From Alphaproteobacteria bacterium (lineage in GTDB: Bacteria > Pseudomonadota > Alphaproteobacteria > ATCC43930 > CGMCC-115725): DNA of 49,488 nt. Of the stretch, positions 37,407 to 45,547 are shown in pieces. The stretch covers positions 1 through 49,488 of the forward strand of contig JAFAOB010000218.1 in NCBI GenBank assembly GCA_019238055.1, given 5' to 3'. Every line of letters starts with the position of its first letter. Within the stretch, counting starts at the first letter, position 1. The notes beneath the pieces are model-generated. The model was given only the letters and a program-made list of their open reading frames with translations, made no database searches and was not told the DNA's origin. A program made the translations under genes and the position numbers.

Positions 37407-38570
37407 ATGAACGACGCCCCCCATCCAGCCTTGCTGCCGACCGGGATGCGCGACCTGCTCCCGCCCGAAGCGGAGGTCGAGGCGCAAGTCGTTGCCCGAC
37501 TGATGGCGACGCTTGCCGCACATGGCTACGAACGGGTCAAACCGCCGCTCGTCGAATTCGAGGAGACCCTGTTTTCCGGTGTAGGCGCAGCGATGGCGCC
37601 CGCCACCTTTCGCATGATGGATCCGGGCTCGCACCGCATGATCGGTGTGCGCGCCGATATGACACCGCAGATTGCCCGGATCGCCGCCACCCGCCTCGGC
37701 AATGTCGCGCGCCCGCTGCGCTTGAGCTATGCCGGCCAAGTCTTGCGGGTCAGAGGCTCGGAGATCAGACCGGAGCGCCAGATCGGCCAGGTCGGCGCCG
37801 AGCTGATCGGCGCCGGAGGGCCGGCGGCCGATGTCGAGGCGATTGCGGTTGCGGGCGAGGCATTGTCGTCGCTCGGGGTGCCGCATTTGTCGGTCGATAT
37901 CACCCTGCCGACGCTCGTTCCCGCGGTGGTCGAGGCTTACTGCATTTGTGGGGACCGCGCCGCCGCGTTGCGCGCGGCACTCGACCATAAGGACGCCGCA
38001 GCCGTGGCGGCGACTGCCGGCGAGGCCGGCGAATTGCTGGAACGCTTGTTAGCTGCTGCGGGACCCGCCGAGGCGGCGCTAGCCGCGCTTGACCAGCTCG
38101 ACTTGCCGCCGCAGGCGCGCGCCGAGCGCCTGCGGCTTGGCGCCGTGCTCGACGGTCTTAAAGACGCTGCACCCGGTCTTAAGGTCACCGCTGATCCGGT
38201 CGAAAACCGCGGCTTCGAATACCATACCGGAATCAGCTTTACGTTTTTTGCTGGGGGTGCAGCACTCCGTCAGTCCAGCGGGGAGTTGGGGCGGGGCGGA
38301 CGCTATCAAGCGGGCGACCCCGCCGCTCCCGAGCCGGCGACCGGTTTTACCCTTGATACCGACACGATATTGCGAACCCTGCCCGAGGTGATGCCCCAGC
38401 CCAGGTTGTTGCTGCCACCGGGTACCGGGCGCGCTCGTTCTGCTGCGCTCCGAGAGAAGGGTTGGATCACGGTTGCTGCACTCGACCCTGCCGCCGACTG
38501 GCGAGCGGAGGCCCGGCGGCTCGGCTGCTCGCATGTCCTGGAGGACGGTGCGCCGCGCCCGCTTGACTAA
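37407..38570 (+). CDS. hisZ: ATP phosphoribosyltransferase regulatory subunit (HisRS paralogue)
   Basis: LLPTGMRDLLPPEAE... and FRMMDPGSHRMIGVRADMTPQIARI. Start placed at MNDAPH (37407). Confidence 0.85.
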   Translation: MNDAPHPALLPTGMRDLLPPEAEVEAQVVARLMATLAAHGYERVKPPLVEFEETLFSGVGAAMAPATFRMMDPGSHRMIGVRADMTPQIARIAATRLGNVARPLRLSYAGQVLRVRGSEIRPERQIGQVGAELIGAGGPAADVEAIAVAGEALSSLGVPHLSVDITLPTLVPAVVEAYCICGDRAAALRAALDHKDAAAVAATAGEAGELLERLLAAAGPAEAALAALDQLDLPPQARAERLRLGAVLDGLKDAAPGLKVTADPVENRGFEYHTGISFTFFAGGAALRQSSGELGRGGRYQAGDPAAPEPATGFTLDTDTILRTLPEVMPQPRLLLPPGTGRARSAALREKGWITVAALDPAADWRAEARRLGCSHVLEDGAPRPLD

Positions 38571-38582
38571 AGGAGACCCGGA

Positions 38583-39875
38583 ATGGCCAATGTCGCCGTC
38601 GTCGGCGCTCAATGGGGTGACGAGGGCAAAGGCAAGATCGTCGACTGGCTATCGGAGCGAGCCGATGTCGTGGTGCGCTTTCAGGGCGGCGCCAATGCCG
38701 GACACACGATCGTCATCGGCAATGTCGAATACAAGCTCAGCCTGCTGCCGTCCGGAGTCGTGCGGCCTGGCAAAGTATCGATTATCGGCAATGGCGTTGT
38801 CGTCGATCCTTGGGCCCTGATCGACGAGATCGAAGCGATCCGCGAAAAGGGGGTTGAGGTTACCCCGGAAAATCTGAAGCTCGCCGACAACGCCGCGCTG
38901 ATCCTGCCGTCGCACGGCGCGCTCGACCGGGCGCGCGACGCGCGCAGCGGCGCCCTGCGGATCGGCACCACCGGCCGCGGCATCGGTCCGGCCTACGAGG
39001 ACAAAGTCGGCCGCCGGGCAATCCGGGTGTGCGATCTCGCCGACCCGGCAGCGCTGGAGTCGCGGCTCGAGCTGCTGTTATTACACCACAATGCGTTGTT
39101 GCGTGGGCTCGACCAGCCGGAAATCGATCGCAGCGAACTGGCCGCCAAGCTGCGCGCTGTGGCGCCACGCATTTTACCTTATGCGGCGCCCGTATGGCGG
39201 GTGCTCGACGAGGCGCGCCGCGGCGGTCGCCGCATCCTGTTCGAGGGCGCGCAAGGGGCGATGCTCGATGTCGACCACGGAACCTACCCGTTCGTGACCT
39301 CGTCAAATGCGCTGGCCGGTCAGGCCGCAGCCGGATCGGGCATCGCGCCGAGTGCCATCGGCTATGTCCTCGGCATCACCAAGGCCTATACCACCCGCGT
39401 CGGAGCGGGGCCGTTCCGGACGGAACTTAGCGACGCAATCGGCGAGACGCTGGGTGAGCGCGGGCGCGAGTTTGGTGTTGTTACCGGCCGCAAGCGGCGC
39501 TGCGGCTGGTTTGACGCGGTGATGGTGCGCCAAGCGGTCAAGACCGGCGGGGTCGACGGTATCGCCCTGACCAAGCTCGACGTGCTCGACGGGTTTGAGG
39601 AGGTCAAGATCTGCACCGCCTATCGACACGGCGCGACGATCTACGACTATCTCCCGAGCGGAACTTCCGCCCAGGCCGAGATCGAGCCGATCTATGAAAC
39701 CGCGGAAGGCTGGCGCGAGAGCACGCGCGGTGCACGATCCTGGGCCGATCTGCCGGCAACCGCGATCAAATACATCCGCCGGCTGGAAGAGCTGATCGGC
39801 GCGCCGGTGGCCTTGTTATCGACCAGTCCCGAGCGTGACGACACGGTGTTGGTCCGCGACCCCTTCGCCGACTAG
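38583..39875 (+). CDS. purA: adenylosuccinate synthase
   Basis: [35 protein letters not shown], 430 aa. Confidence 0.97.
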   Translation: MANVAVVGAQWGDEGKGKIVDWLSERADVVVRFQGGANAGHTIVIGNVEYKLSLLPSGVVRPGKVSIIGNGVVVDPWALIDEIEAIREKGVEVTPENLKLADNAALILPSHGALDRARDARSGALRIGTTGRGIGPAYEDKVGRRAIRVCDLADPAALESRLELLLLHHNALLRGLDQPEIDRSELAAKLRAVAPRILPYAAPVWRVLDEARRGGRRILFEGAQGAMLDVDHGTYPFVTSSNALAGQAAAGSGIAPSAIGYVLGITKAYTTRVGAGPFRTELSDAIGETLGERGREFGVVTGRKRRCGWFDAVMVRQAVKTGGVDGIALTKLDVLDGFEEVKICTAYRHGATIYDYLPSGTSAQAEIEPIYETAEGWRESTRGARSWADLPATAIKYIRRLEELIGAPVALLSTSPERDDTVLVRDPFAD

Positions 39876-39905
39876 TGCCGATACATACATCTTCCGCCTC
39901 TGCGG

Positions 39906-40769
39906 CTAGCCGGGGCGGCGGGCGCTAACGAGAAAGATCGTTCCCGGTAGCCGGACCTCTCTCGAAGCGGCTTCGGCAGCGAACGCCGCCTCGATGTCGC
40001 GCGCGATCGCCCCGCGGGTCACCTCATCGGGTTGCTTCTCATCGAGCAACCGCGCGGTCGGGCCCATTGCCAGCGATTGGCGTGCCTCCTCTGCCGGGCT
40101 GCCGCCGATGATCGTCGGGTGAGCCCGTTCGACGCTGATTTCGGCGAAGCCGGCCGCGTTGAGAAAATTATGGATATAGTCGGGGTCGGCAAAGGCGAGC
40201 GGGCCCGGCTCGCGCGCCGATCGCGGCGCCGGCGGCCCCAAATGGCGGACCGCCACGTCATAGGCGACCAGCCAATGCCGGTTCTCGGCGAGCGGCCCCC
40301 AGCAGGCGAAGACGAGCCGGCCGCCCCGCTTTAGCGCAGTCCCGATATTGCGGAACGCGACCGTCGGATCGGCGAAAAACATGACCCCCATACGCGAGGT
40401 CGCAACGTCGAAGGCGGCTGGCTCGAATGCAAACACCTGTGCATCGCCAAGATGCAATGTGACATTGCGCAATCCGCGCTCATTGGCCCGTTGCCGCGCC
40501 ACTGCGAGCATCGGCTCGGAGATGTCGACGGCGACGAGGCGACCATGCGCGCCGATCGCCTCGGCGAGCGGCAAGGTCAGCGCCCCGGTGCCGCAGCCGA
40601 TTTCGAGCACATTCTCGCCGCCCTCAAGCTCTAGCCGTGCCAGCAATAGGGCAAGGCTTTCGCGGTTGCGGCGCTCTCGCGATCCCGGCGCCGCAGCCCA
40701 GCGCGGGCCCGCGACCGTATTCCAATATCGGCGCATCGCCGCATTCGCGTCGACAGCTTGCTCAGGCAT
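39906..40769 (-). CDS. class I SAM-dependent methyltransferase
   Basis: Motif I is VLEIGCGTGALTL. Start placed at MPEQAVDAN (40769) with SD GGAGG 7 nt upstream. The track ORF extension overlaps the neighbouring SDR gene. Confidence 0.85.
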   Translation of the reverse strand: MPEQAVDANAAMRRYWNTVAGPRWAAAPGSRERRNRESLALLLARLELEGGENVLEIGCGTGALTLPLAEAIGAHGRLVAVDISEPMLAVARQRANERGLRNVTLHLGDAQVFAFEPAAFDVATSRMGVMFFADPTVAFRNIGTALKRGGRLVFACWGPLAENRHWLVAYDVAVRHLGPPAPRSAREPGPLAFADPDYIHNFLNAAGFAEISVERAHPTIIGGSPAEEARQSLAMGPTARLLDEKQPDEVTRGAIARDIEAAFAAEAASREVRLPGTIFLVSARRPG

Positions 40770-40804
40770 CTGCAGACCTCCGATTTTAGCCCGATACGAC
40801 AAGA

Positions 40805-41599
40805 CTACAGTGACATGCCGCCATCGAGCAGGATCGTTTGTCCGGTCATGTAATCGGAGGCGGGTGCGGCGAGATAGAGCGCCAAAAAGCCGACCTCGCG
40901 CAATTTTCCGGGTCGCTTCAATGGCACGATCTGTTCTGCGCGGGCCATTGTCTGGCGGACGCGTTCTTCGCCGGAGGTCACGACATCGGGGAAAATGCCC
41001 GGGGCAATGGCGTTGACGTTGATCCCATAAGGCGCCCATTCAAGCGCCTGGGCTCGCGTAAAGCCGGCGAGGGCGGTCTTGGCGGTTGTATACAGCACCA
41101 TGTCGCGGCCGCCCTGATGCGCGGTCCACGAGGCGATATTGATGATCTTGCCTGAACGCCGTGCCAACATGTGCGGTCCGACCGCGCGCGTGCATAACAG
41201 CGCCTCGGTCAGATTGATGTCGATAATGAAGCGCATCTCATCATCGGAGATGCCGACCGCGGTCTCCGCTCGCTCAGGCAAGGTCACCAAGGGTTTGCGG
41301 ATCGAATCGCCGAGCGCGTTGACCAGCACGTCAATTCGTCCAAACTCCGCCAGGACCCGGTCCACCGCGTGCCGGACATCGTCGGATCTTGTCACGTCGG
41401 CGATGATCGGGACGACGCGCCGACGAGAAGCGATCGCGATTTCGGTCGCCGCAGCTTCGACATATCGTGACGTCAAGGCGTTGAGAGCGATATCGGCGCC
41501 GGCTTCGGCGAGCACCTGGGCAATCCCTTTGCCGATGCCGCGCCCCGCTCCGGTGATGAAAACGACTTTCCCGGTAATATCGAATTCGGCCGGCATCAT
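40805..41599 (-). CDS. SDR family oxidoreductase
   Basis: KVVFITGAGRGIGKG and YTTAKTALAG (YxxxK). Start placed at MMPAEF (41599) behind GAGGA. An alternative ATG lies at 41611. Confidence 0.88.
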   Translation of the reverse strand: MMPAEFDITGKVVFITGAGRGIGKGIAQVLAEAGADIALNALTSRYVEAAATEIAIASRRRVVPIIADVTRSDDVRHAVDRVLAEFGRIDVLVNALGDSIRKPLVTLPERAETAVGISDDEMRFIIDINLTEALLCTRAVGPHMLARRSGKIINIASWTAHQGGRDMVLYTTAKTALAGFTRAQALEWAPYGINVNAIAPGIFPDVVTSGEERVRQTMARAEQIVPLKRPGKLREVGFLALYLAAPASDYMTGQTILLDGGMSL

Positions 41600-41781
41600 C
41601 TGCGTCCTCATCCTGAACCTGCAGTGCGGATTACCGATTATCGATCGGGTGCCGCCGCCGTACAAGCGAACTGCCGTCAATCGCAGCGCGGTGGGCGCCA
41701 AGACAGACCGAGACGAGCCCTTCAAAAAGCTCTCTTCAGCCGAGCAATTTACGTTAAAAGAGTCCTGAAGGAGAAGTCCTG

Positions 41782-41901
41782 GTGAATAATTCGTTGATTT
41801 TTTGCATCTTGCAACCGAGCCGTGGAGCGCGCGAAACTAGATCGCCTCGGCAGCGGATGAATGGATTGAGGGATGGGACGCCAACCAGTCTCGTTACGTA
41901 A
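41782..41901 (+). CDS. candidate 39-aa leader/precursor ORF overlapping the nucleotidyltransferase start
   Basis: My own read: strong SD AAGGAGA (41768-41774), 7 nt before a GTG at 41782. It encodes MNNSLIFCILQPSRGARETRSPRQRMNGLRDGTPTSLVT* and overlaps the ATG at 41873 by 29 nt. Not in the ORF track because it is under 60 aa. Confidence 0.25.
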   Translation: MNNSLIFCILQPSRGARETRSPRQRMNGLRDGTPTSLVT

Positions 41902-43144
41902 ATACGGGATCGACCCCTCCCCAGAATTCTTGCTGGTCCTTTATTGCGCCCGAACTGCTCCAGACTCCGAGATCCAGGCCAGCCTAGCCGGGTTGGCGAA
42001 GCAAATCACCGACTGGGATTACGTGTTCCATTTCGCGGAAGAGCAAGGAGTTTTATTATTTCTATTACATAATCTTTATCGGACTGTTTGCGCGCCGTTG
42101 CCGCAGACTTTGCTAACCAGTGTCAGACGACGTTATGCTTCACGAAGCCAATCACTGCTGGTTCAACTTCGCGAGGTTACTTCACTCCTTGCTGTGCATG
42201 GCATAAGGGCGATCTCCTATAAAGGGCCGACATTGGCGACAATTGTTTACCCGCACTGCAACTTGCGTGTCTCAAGCGACTTGGATCTTTTAGTGCACGC
42301 GAGTGATTACCGGAATGCTTCAAAGGTCCTTTTAGACCAGGGCTATTTAGCAGCCGAGGATTGTGGCTATAAGTGCCACTTATGGCATCCTATCAAGCGG
42401 ACCGACGTCGATCTTCATAGAGCCCTGGCTCCGAGATGGTATCAATTCAGATTCAATTTCGATCGCGCATGGGAACGAGCAGTTCGGCTCACAATACCCA
42501 ATGGAGGTGTGACCGTTACATTTGGCTTAGAGGATTTACTGATCGTGCTGTGCGTCGATCTCGTTAAAGATATCGCACAACCATGGAATTTTCGGCTCGT
42601 GAAATTAACCGATATTGCTGAACTCATCGACAATATCGAGCACATTAACGTGTCTGCGCTGATCGACCGCGCGAAGTCCATTGGTCTCAGTCGGATAACG
42701 CTTTTTGGGCTCCTCCTTACAGATCGCATACATTCGGTAAGCCTGCCTGCTGTAATCCAAGAACAGATTCAGCTGTATTCTCCTCGTTTGCACAAACTTG
42801 TCGACCTAACGATGCGTCTGATGCTTGATGAGAAATCATCAAAGCGACAACCAACGCCAAAATTTCCACATGAAGTAAGGACAATCCTTAATTTACAGGA
42901 TAACCTCTGGCAGAAATTGTGTGTTATTGCCCTTTATATGGTCAGGCCAGTGATGCTTATTAGTAAATACGGGTTCGCAAGGGTCACAAAGTTCTTTCAG
43001 GCATTCTGGTGGATCAAAGAACGGGCACGGCTCTGCGAAGCGGGCCGATTTGCAAAACCGATCAGACGCAAACCTGAAGCGCGGTCGTCGGCAGAAGTTA
43101 AACTTAATACCGATATAGGGCTCCGGTCAAAAAATACGTCTTGA
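41873..43144 (+). CDS. nucleotidyltransferase family protein (NTP_transf_5 / PF14907-like)
   Basis: 423 aa. PEFLLVLYCART.., ..YKGPTLA..., NLRVSSDLDLLVHASDYRNASKVLLDQGY matches the DxD nucleotidyltransferase signature of this family. An in-frame TGA at 41867-41869 fixes the 5' limit. Confidence 0.75.
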   Translation: MGRQPVSLRKYGIDPSPEFLLVLYCARTAPDSEIQASLAGLAKQITDWDYVFHFAEEQGVLLFLLHNLYRTVCAPLPQTLLTSVRRRYASRSQSLLVQLREVTSLLAVHGIRAISYKGPTLATIVYPHCNLRVSSDLDLLVHASDYRNASKVLLDQGYLAAEDCGYKCHLWHPIKRTDVDLHRALAPRWYQFRFNFDRAWERAVRLTIPNGGVTVTFGLEDLLIVLCVDLVKDIAQPWNFRLVKLTDIAELIDNIEHINVSALIDRAKSIGLSRITLFGLLLTDRIHSVSLPAVIQEQIQLYSPRLHKLVDLTMRLMLDEKSSKRQPTPKFPHEVRTILNLQDNLWQKLCVIALYMVRPVMLISKYGFARVTKFFQAFWWIKERARLCEAGRFAKPIRRKPEARSSAEVKLNTDIGLRSKNTS

Positions 43145-43248
43145 AAAGTTGAAAAATCCCGTCAATATCATCTTCGCTGAGATGTACGGGGGCATTTTTC
43201 TTGAACGCCGGAGAACTTTACAACAAAGTTAATACGGGTCGGAGAGAG

Positions 43249-44163
43249 ATGCCGGACGTGATTGGACTGCAGAGCCCAACAATGGCGGCCTTTGTCCTAG
43301 CATTTGAATGTTACGGCGCCCGCGTCGGCGTCAGTACCAATGAAGCCAGCATCTTTGATCTTCTGCCGAAGTATCTGCCAGTCAAATCTGACCTGATCAG
43401 CCTCTCAGCCGTCGAGAACAAGTTTACACTCTTGAAGGGTGACCCGGCCAGCAGCTCGGGCCGAGATGGCGCGTACTGTCTTTATGACAGTGAATGTTTG
43501 GTGTTAAGTACATCGGATCTCCATGTCGCTTTGGAACAACTGGCGAGCGAACTGGATGCGGTGGTCGCACTCGAAGCATCACCCTCGCTCTTTGTCCATG
43601 CCGGTGTTGTAGGCTGGCGCGGTGGTGCCATCGTCATTCCTGGGCGCAGTATGACCGGGAAGACCTCGCTGGTCATGGAATTAGTAAGGACTGGGGCGAC
43701 CTATTACTCGGACGAATACGCGGTATTCGATAGGCAAGGTCAGATACACCCGTTTCCGAGGCCGATGCATCTTCGCACGGGTGAGCTGGGAAGATGGCAG
43801 AAAATCACCGCCGAGAGTCTCGGCAGTCATGTTGGGACCGGTGCCCTTCCGGTGGCTTTGGTTGTCGCTACTCAGTACGACCCGCGGGCGCGTTGGAGCC
43901 CAAAGCTCCTCGAGCCGGGGCAGACCGTACTTCGACTCTTCGACAATACAGTTGACGCCTTGCGACGCCCAGAGGACGCGATCGATATTTTCGCCAGAGT
44001 GGCAGCCGGTTGCGTTGCGATTACCGGCGCACGGCCTTCATCAGAGCAAGTCGCGCCGTTCCTATTAGCACTTTGTGCCCAAACAACTCAAAGTAGGGCT
44101 TTCGCGGAACCTTCGGAATGCTATTCCGATTTTAATCTCGACCCCCTCCCCACTAACCCCTAA
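43249..44163 (+). CDS. HPr kinase/phosphorylase-related P-loop kinase (HprK-related kinase type)
   Basis: VHAGVVGWRGGAIVIPGRSMTGKTSLVMELVRTGATYYSDEYAVFD parallels the HprK Walker-A region (G.SG.GKS...L...G..L..DD). ATG 43249 lies behind GGAGAGAG. The track start is a TTG at 43201. Confidence 0.75.
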   Translation: MPDVIGLQSPTMAAFVLAFECYGARVGVSTNEASIFDLLPKYLPVKSDLISLSAVENKFTLLKGDPASSSGRDGAYCLYDSECLVLSTSDLHVALEQLASELDAVVALEASPSLFVHAGVVGWRGGAIVIPGRSMTGKTSLVMELVRTGATYYSDEYAVFDRQGQIHPFPRPMHLRTGELGRWQKITAESLGSHVGTGALPVALVVATQYDPRARWSPKLLEPGQTVLRLFDNTVDALRRPEDAIDIFARVAAGCVAITGARPSSEQVAPFLLALCAQTTQSRAFAEPSECYSDFNLDPLPTNP

Positions 44164-44179
44164 CGACGGAAAGGCAGAG

Positions 44180-44650
44180 ATGCCATACAAACCAGAAGTG
44201 CGGCGAGACGAATTGACGATAAGGGAAGTCCAAGACGAGTTGGTTGTGTACGATGGCCGTGAAAAACGCGCCCATCGTCTCAATAAGACGGCCGCGCCAA
44301 TCTTGCAGGCCAGCGATGGCTCGCGAACCGTCGATCAGATCGCAGCTTTGTTGTCCGATGATATGGATATTAAGGATAGAACAGAGTTGGTCTGGTTGAC
44401 ACTACAGGATCTGTCTAAGGTGGGTCTTTTAACCGCCGCGATCCCGTCGGGACATGTGGATCGATCGCGCCGCAATCTACTACAAAGGGCAGCAGTTATC
44501 GGCCTCACTCTGCCAGTTGTTGAGTCGATCGTTGCCCAGTCTGCAACAGCCCATGCCTCGGATCCGAGGCGATATGAGCATCGGGAACATCATTCTCATC
44601 GAGATTTCGATCATCATCGAGATTTCAATCGAGACAGGGATCGGGATTAA
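44180..44650 (+). CDS. PqqD/RRE-family peptide-binding domain fused to a Tat-signal-like segment and a His/Asp/Arg-rich repeat tail
   Basis: 156 aa from MPYKPEV. Residues 8-90 are PqqD-like (LVVYDGREKRAHRLNKTAAPILQASDGSRTVDQIAALL...LQDLSKVGLL). Residues 96-126 are SRRNLLQRAAVIGLTLPVVESIVAQSATAHA. Residues 127-156 are SDPRRYEHREHHSHRDFDHHRDFNRDRDRD. Confidence 0.75.
   Translation: MPYKPEVRRDELTIREVQDELVVYDGREKRAHRLNKTAAPILQASDGSRTVDQIAALLSDDMDIKDRTELVWLTLQDLSKVGLLTAAIPSGHVDRSRRNLLQRAAVIGLTLPVVESIVAQSATAHASDPRRYEHREHHSHRDFDHHRDFNRDRDRD
44597..44632 (+). repeat. tandem 18-nt coding repeat in the tail of the PqqD-fusion gene
   Basis: CATCGAGATTTCGATCAT / CATCGAGATTTCAATCGA encode HRDFDH / HRDFNR. 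Confidence 0.8.
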
Positions 44651-44822
44651 GAAATTGGCGCGAGCCCAGTAATGTGGAACAAGAACAGGGACTCCATCAG
44701 GGATAGCGCCATCACAGGTATCCCAGGGTAACTCTCAAGCATCGACAGCTTAACTCGTTCGCGCGCAAATAGGCGCGCAATCGTCGAGCTGGTCGCAGTC
44801 GAGTGCTGTTACGACACTGCCG

Positions 44823-45337
44823 TCACCGACTGCGGCGCTCAGAGTTGCCACCCGGTTGGGCAATGTTGCCGCTGAGCGCCAAATGCAGCAGCGGCACGGC
44901 GGGATCGATTACCAGCGGCAGCGGCCGGTACGAAACCTGGAGGCGTTCGCGCGCATCCAACGCGGTGAAGCTATAGCCGCCGCACGCCAAAACCGCTGCG
45001 GCCGGCTCGCCGACATAGCGCACGCGATCGACCGCGAGGCAATAATGCTCGATCGACGCTTGACTGCGGCCGTGAGAGGCTGCGTCCAGCGCCGGCATCT
45101 TCGGGATAATGGCCATGACCCTTGAGAGAACCGATGCCGCTACAATGTTGCTGGAAAGCAACTTGGCAAGCAGATGCGGCGAGCGCAGGATCCCCCATGG
45201 AAGGCCCCCGCTTTGAGCGGCAAGTCGTCGCCGAAGCGGCCGCAGCCGCACAGGAGGCCGGGATCCTTGATGCGCGCGAGCGGCCGCCCAAGATAAGACC
45301 GGGACAAAGCGATGGCGGGTCGGATCGAGATCGTCAT
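44823..45337 (-). pseudogene. 5' fragment of a xanthine dehydrogenase/aldehyde oxidase family molybdopterin-binding subunit gene, frameshifted and truncated
   Basis: Two track ORFs in different frames join into one N-terminus: MTISIRP..LGRPLARIKDPGLLCGCGRFGDDLPLKAG | GILRSPHLLAKLLS...LAVDRVRYVGEPAAAVLA...DARERLQVSYRPLPLVIDP. This matches the G.P..R.ED.RLL.G.G.Y.DD / RSPHAHA / VRYVGEP pattern of the family. About 170 of roughly 750 expected residues remain. Confidence 0.7.
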
Positions 45338-45547
45338 GCAGTGATTAGGCCCAAGCAACAGGATCCGGTCTCTGCAAAATCTACCTGCGGCTGATTTGTG
45401 ATCCGCCCTTCCCGGCCTTCAGTCGAGTCCGATCCAAGATGATCACCGCAGAACGGGAAGACCACAAGAAATCAGTGGCGGCTAGGCTCGTCCGGGTGCT
45501 GAATTCGCCCGGATTGACCCGGGATTTCGCGAGTGGGGTCCAGCGAA

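Larger units (their letters stand above)
41720..44740. other. AT-richer islet carrying the nucleotidyltransferase / HprK-like kinase / PqqD-fusion genes (borders approximate)
   Basis: 28 G+C in the 60 nt at 42061-42120, against 40/60 at 38641-38700. The right edge abuts a truncated, frameshifted gene. No integrase or transposase is seen. Confidence 0.6.

Noticed and set aside
43182-43232. 16-codon ORF (MYGGIFLERRRTLQQS) between the nucleotidyltransferase and kinase genes, considered as a precursor peptide
   Set aside because: It has no convincing SD, is very short, has no Ser/Thr/Cys-rich core, and overlaps the alternative TTG start of the kinase. Nothing supports it as a precursor.
44454-44672. 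72-aa + ORF in an alternative frame of the PqqD-fusion tail (..IILIEISIIIEISIE..)
   Set aside because: Its repetitive Ile/Glu/Ser sequence is just the 18-nt tandem repeat read out of frame. It has no SD and lies fully within the better-supported frame.
41670-44825. 10-bp direct repeat ACTGCCGTCA at 41670-41679 and 44816-44825 flanking the low-GC islet
   Set aside because: It was tempting as a target-site duplication or att core. A 10-mer match between two GC-rich flanks of about 200 nt can arise by chance. The left copy lies in a promoter region, not in the disrupted XDH-family gene, so the geometry does not fit a simple insertion.
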